The notes beneath the pieces were generated by a model. The model did not search any database. It was not told where the DNA came from and saw nothing but the letters and a program-made list of their open reading frames with translations. The translations under genes were made by a program, and so were the position numbers. From Eledone cirrhosa (Eukaryota), in assembly GCA_964016885.1 (NCBI GenBank), contig OZ024740.1:367784001-367848000 (forward strand): 64,000 bases of DNA. Reading direction: 5' to 3'. The first letter of the stretch is position 1. Each line of letters begins with the position of its first letter. Below are positions 58,091-64,000 of the stretch, piece after piece.

Positions 58091-58204
58091 TTGGGAAAGA
58101 CTTTTGCACTGAAGAACTTCTGCTCCCGAGCTCTCCCGAAGCATTCATACATATCCGTATGTGGTTGAAGACTGAGGAGTAAGGTATTGGTATGTTGTTG
58201 AACA
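58091..58204 (-). CDS. Candidate internal 114-nt exon
   Basis: Acceptor ctttcactcag| and donor |gtaagc. The length is a multiple of 3, two frames are open, and it is on the same strand as the 42618-43789 exon. Confidence 0.35.
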
Positions 58205-59046
58205 CTGAGTGAAAGTGTACTCAATACCGAAGTAGAGCTTAAATATTCATTTTATTAAGACAAAGTAGTGAGTGTTTGTAGAATGAATATATATATATAT
58301 GAAAATAGTCAGGACCCCCACGGTTGAGCTCCGGCCGTCTCGACAGCTAGTTTGGATTTAGCTGTGAAAACGGCCGTATCTCAGCCGTCGGGATCCTGCT
58401 TCTTTTCATATTACACACTCTACTATTCCAAGTATCGAGTACTCTGGTGCGTTATGATCCACGTGTTATGTAATATATATATCTTTAATAATATATGGAT
58501 TTCTTAATATATAGATCCCCATTTTTAATATATTGATCTCAATATTTAACTGATTAACTAAACATCTTATCATATTTAAACAATGGTTAAATTTCTCATA
58601 TTATATATGTATATTCCATTCATGATTATTAACATTTCTAATTTTTATTTATTCATTTCATCTCAATTGTTAAGTTAACTCAACAAGATATGACTTAGAG
58701 TTTTTCGTTCTCTCTCATTTTTTCGGTCTCCTCTCTCTCTCTCCATATTTCTCTCTCTGTTTATTCTGCTCTCTCTCTCTCTCATTCCTTCTCTATCTTT
58801 CTATTTCTCCGTAACCAAACGTCTTAGTTTAAAAATATCCAATACTAATAATTAAAGCTACAACTCCACTATCCGGGAGCTTCCAACAGTAATGGTTGCA
58901 TTCTTTAAGGGTATGTCAATATTTATTTATAAAACTGATCTATATTATATTTTATCTGGTGAAAGCACACCATAATGTAACTTGGTGTCCTTGAAATATG
59001 TATAATTTTCCATTTGTTAATATCTTATATATATATATATATATAT

Positions 59047-59350
59047 ATAAGAAAGTGAGGTTTTTTTTACAAAATGAAAAATAACCGAGGTGTCCTACAC
59101 GAGTGAAAGTATAAAGAAAGAAAGATGAAAACGAAAATGCAACTGGAGTTTTATTTAAAAAAATATATATATATTTATTTGGTTCCTTTACCGGTTTTGC
59201 AGTTCTTCTGCTTTTCAAAAGTGGAGTTGAGTTGGAAAGTCTGTGGTTTTTCTCTTTTGAAAAGCAGAAGAACTGCGAAACCGGTAAAGGAACCAAATAA
59301 ATATATATATTTTTTTAAAAAATAAGACTCCAGTTGCATTTTCGATTTCA

Positions 59351-59352
<2 letters not shown>
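59047..59352. mobile_element. Fold-back pseudo-LTR of the element at 62574-63200
   Basis: 59047-59254 matches 62574-62780, and 59122-59221 is inverted at 59254-59352. Confidence 0.8.
59253..59290 (+). ncRNA. Minimal hammerhead, U3-A8 core variant (family F)
   Basis: ucuu UUGAAAA gcag-aagaa-cugc GAA ACCGGU A aagg. Confidence 0.6.
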
Positions 59353-60098
<746 letters not shown>

Positions 60099-60658
60099 AA
60101 CATTTTTCCAGGTATTAGATCCCGGGATTAACAACGCGTAATTTTCATTTTTTGGGGATTAAAACAATATAAAATTTTGCTAAAATATTCTACTATAGTC
60201 AATTATAATAAACCGACATGTTATAACACTGCGTCGACGTGTGTCTGTGTCTTTAAGTGTGCATGTACTTACGCGTTCGTTACATACGTTAGATCTTACT
60301 TAGTTACATACACATACTACTCCACGTAAACATTTAATCAGATACACAGAGAATTAAGCACACACATGCATCTACGTCTACACTTGGTATACTGACAGGT
60401 ATATGTGTGTGAGTGTATGTGAAAGTGTATGTGAGTGTATGTGTGTGTGAGTATATTAACATTTTTGTGACGACCGACATAAAGAAACATGGGGTGAAAC
60501 TCTATGTCTTTGTATTAATGTATCTCTGTTTGTGTTTTCTTTTATAAGTGCATGTTTGTGTGCCTGTTCGTTTATATTCATATTCTAATACCGTTAAATT
60601 AAATAATTATGAGAGAAAAGATATATATTCATATTTATTGTTTACTAATCTGAATAAG

Positions 60659-60696
60659 ACTAGCAGTTCCCGGGCAACATCGGGTCATTCAGCTAG

Positions 60697-60697
<1 letters not shown>
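60659..60697 (+). mobile_element. Helitron/Helentron-like terminus
   Basis: A GC-rich hairpin cccgggcaacatcggg is followed shortly by ctagt, with actagc at the 5' side. Confidence 0.35.
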
Positions 60698-60756
<59 letters not shown>

Positions 60757-60787
60757 AAAGAATAGAGGTGTAACACACAAGTTATTA

Positions 60788-61064
60788 TATATTGGTAAAC
60801 GGAATAGAAAATGCTGACAAATTGTTCACAGTTGAAAAATAGTTTAATTAGGAATAAAAGAGTATTAGTAATTGTATTGGTTAGTATTCAGTTGTGGTTT
60901 TAAGTTGTTACCGGTTGCGCATTTCTAAATGCTTTTCAAAAATTATTTTGAGATAGAGTGCCCGTGTTGTTTGCTCTTATCTGATCAGAGCAAACAACAC
61001 TTTTATTCCTAATTAAACTATTTTTCAACTGTGAATAATTCGTCAGCATTTTCTATTCCGTTTA

Positions 61065-61070
<6 letters not shown>
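60788..61070. mobile_element. Fold-back repeat in (TA)n with a decayed U3-A8-type hammerhead
   Basis: 60788-60860 is inverted at about 61000-61070. The minus strand at 60904-60942 reads UUGAAAA gcauuu-ag-aaaugc GCA ACCGGU A. Confidence 0.65.
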
Positions 61071-61140
<70 letters not shown>

Positions 61141-61428
61141 TATATATATATATATGTATATATATATGTATATATATGTGTGTGTGTGTATGTGTGTGTG
61201 TGTCTGATGGTAGCTAAGATGATTCCATAGGCGGTATGCCGTTTGAGCACTCAATGATCTTACAGAGCAGAGTATGATAGAATAGAAAACGAAAAATCAA
61301 TGATGCATCTGAACTAAATTTATTATTTGTTATAGATCCACACAATGATCGCGTCTCGAGATGTCCGCCGGCGAAACAATTGTAACACAATAAATTGAGT
61401 TCAGAGGCCTCACTGATTTTTCGTTTTC

Positions 61429-61538
<110 letters not shown>

Positions 61539-62469
61539 ACATAGTAAAGTTGACAGCACCCCAACGGCAGAGTTCAAGCCGTTTCGACAGATATATCTGG
61601 ACCAAAAATAGCTGTCGAAAGGGCTTGATCTCTGCCGTCGGTGTCCTGACTATTTTCCTATTACCCACTCAACTACCCAAAGTATCGAGTACCCTGGTGC
61701 GTTAAAGTTCACATGGTTCCTTATCACACTTCTCACGTTATATAAATATATATATATATGGAAAAGAATGAAACGAATTTCATTTCTCACTCTTAGTACG
61801 GCTGATACCTAAATATAAGTAGGTATACAATATGCATAAGGAAAGTATATACTTTTAAAGTTCAATCATCTCACAGGAGGGTATACGATGCTCACGATAG
61901 CTAATACGCTTGAAACTAGCACATCGTTCCTGTGTCAGTGTTGAACAAAAGGGGGACGATGGTCGCCGTGCACTGTACGTCGTAATTCGGGCTGTTTGTT
62001 TACAAACAAACCGAAAATTATAATAAATGTTCGGTAAAGCCATACGTACATATATATATATATATACATATATATGTGTGCATGTGTGTATATATAAATA
62101 CATACTACTGTACGTCTGTACACATATATGTACGTATACATACTTATATATATGTAGATGTATTTATATGGCTTAAAAAAGATGCTAACTAATTGTATGG
62201 CTTCGTATGTACTCAGTTTCCCGATGTTATCCAATGGATGGTAGCAAGGAAATCATATTCCTTCATGAAACTCTGGGTACCTCTGTATAAATATGCTCCC
62301 ATATCGAAGGGTCATTATTTCGTAATTGTAGATTCACACTCCAATAGGTTAAGGTTCTTCAGTTCAATATGACGTTATATATTATCCTGAATTATTTCTA
62401 TGCACATCGCTCCAATCATTTTCAATCATGTTAAATATATATATTTATATATATATATATATACCTATA

Positions 62470-63200
<731 letters not shown>

Positions 63201-63705
63201 GTGTCAGAGTTCAGATTTTCTATTGAAGTGAAGATATGTATGTTTATTTGTGTGCTTGTGTGTGTGTATGTGTGGGTGTATGTGTGTATTGGAAGATGAT
63301 TCTATTAGTAGAGATGGGGGAGGGAGTTGTGTGTGTGTGTATATGGGTGTTATGTATGTGTGTGCGAGTATGTTAAGATGGAGAGAATATATATTTTGTG
63401 TGTGTGTATATATATATGTGTGTAGGAAAGTGGTTCTATTAGTAGAAATGGGGAGGGAGTTGTAGGTGTGGGGGTTGTTATGTGTGTGTATGGGTGTTAT
63501 GTTTGTGGGAGTATGGTTAGCATGTTAAGATGAAGAGAATATATATATATATATATATATATATTGTGTGTGTGTGTATGTGTGTGTGTAGGAAAGTGAT
63601 TCCTTTAGTAGAAATATTTTTGAATGAACATATTTTCCTTACTTTTTCGTGTTTGCCGTCGAACAGCTTGAGCTCTGCCGTCGGGGTCATACTTTTTCCT
63701 ATTAC

Positions 63706-63772
<67 letters not shown>

Positions 63773-64000
63773 GAGTATACACTCAAAGAGTCATTTACAA
63801 TTAATTAGCTCAAAGAATGAAGCATTTCCGAGCCGTGTAATACAAGTTAATATAAATTAATATATGATAAACACCTAAGTGTTTGTATTGTAAAATACAG
63901 GGGTTAGCTAGAATGAAACAAACTAATTCAAATTAATATAGCCTGCCTGTATCGATTTAAAAAATAATAAATCATATAATAATTTATATTAACTTGTATA

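Overview
This is AT-rich eukaryotic DNA dense in microsatellites, most likely from an octopod cephalopod, judging by the recurrent tRNA-derived SINE. Most of the supplied ORF track is (TA)n/(CA)n noise. Mobile elements found: an internally deleted Chapaev3-like DNA transposon (4158-5814, CAC..GTG ends, TAA duplication); a near full-length but frameshifted R4/Dong-clade RLE retrotransposon ending in (TAA)n (about 12350-15990); two degenerate Penelope-like elements (RT + GIY-YIG), one folded into a 3.7-kb palindrome; at least 8 SINE copies; and RTE fragments. One convincing host exon lies on the minus strand (42618-43789, about 390 codons, Ser/Asn/Asp-rich), with weaker upstream exon candidates. 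The main unannotated signal is a set of type I hammerhead ribozyme motifs from about eight different repeat families. They include minimal forms with a palindromic stem III, a compensated U3-A8 core variant and a retrozyme-like 522-nt tandem. Nearly all sit in fold-back insertions within (TA)n microsatellites. All structures were read by eye; no searches were run.
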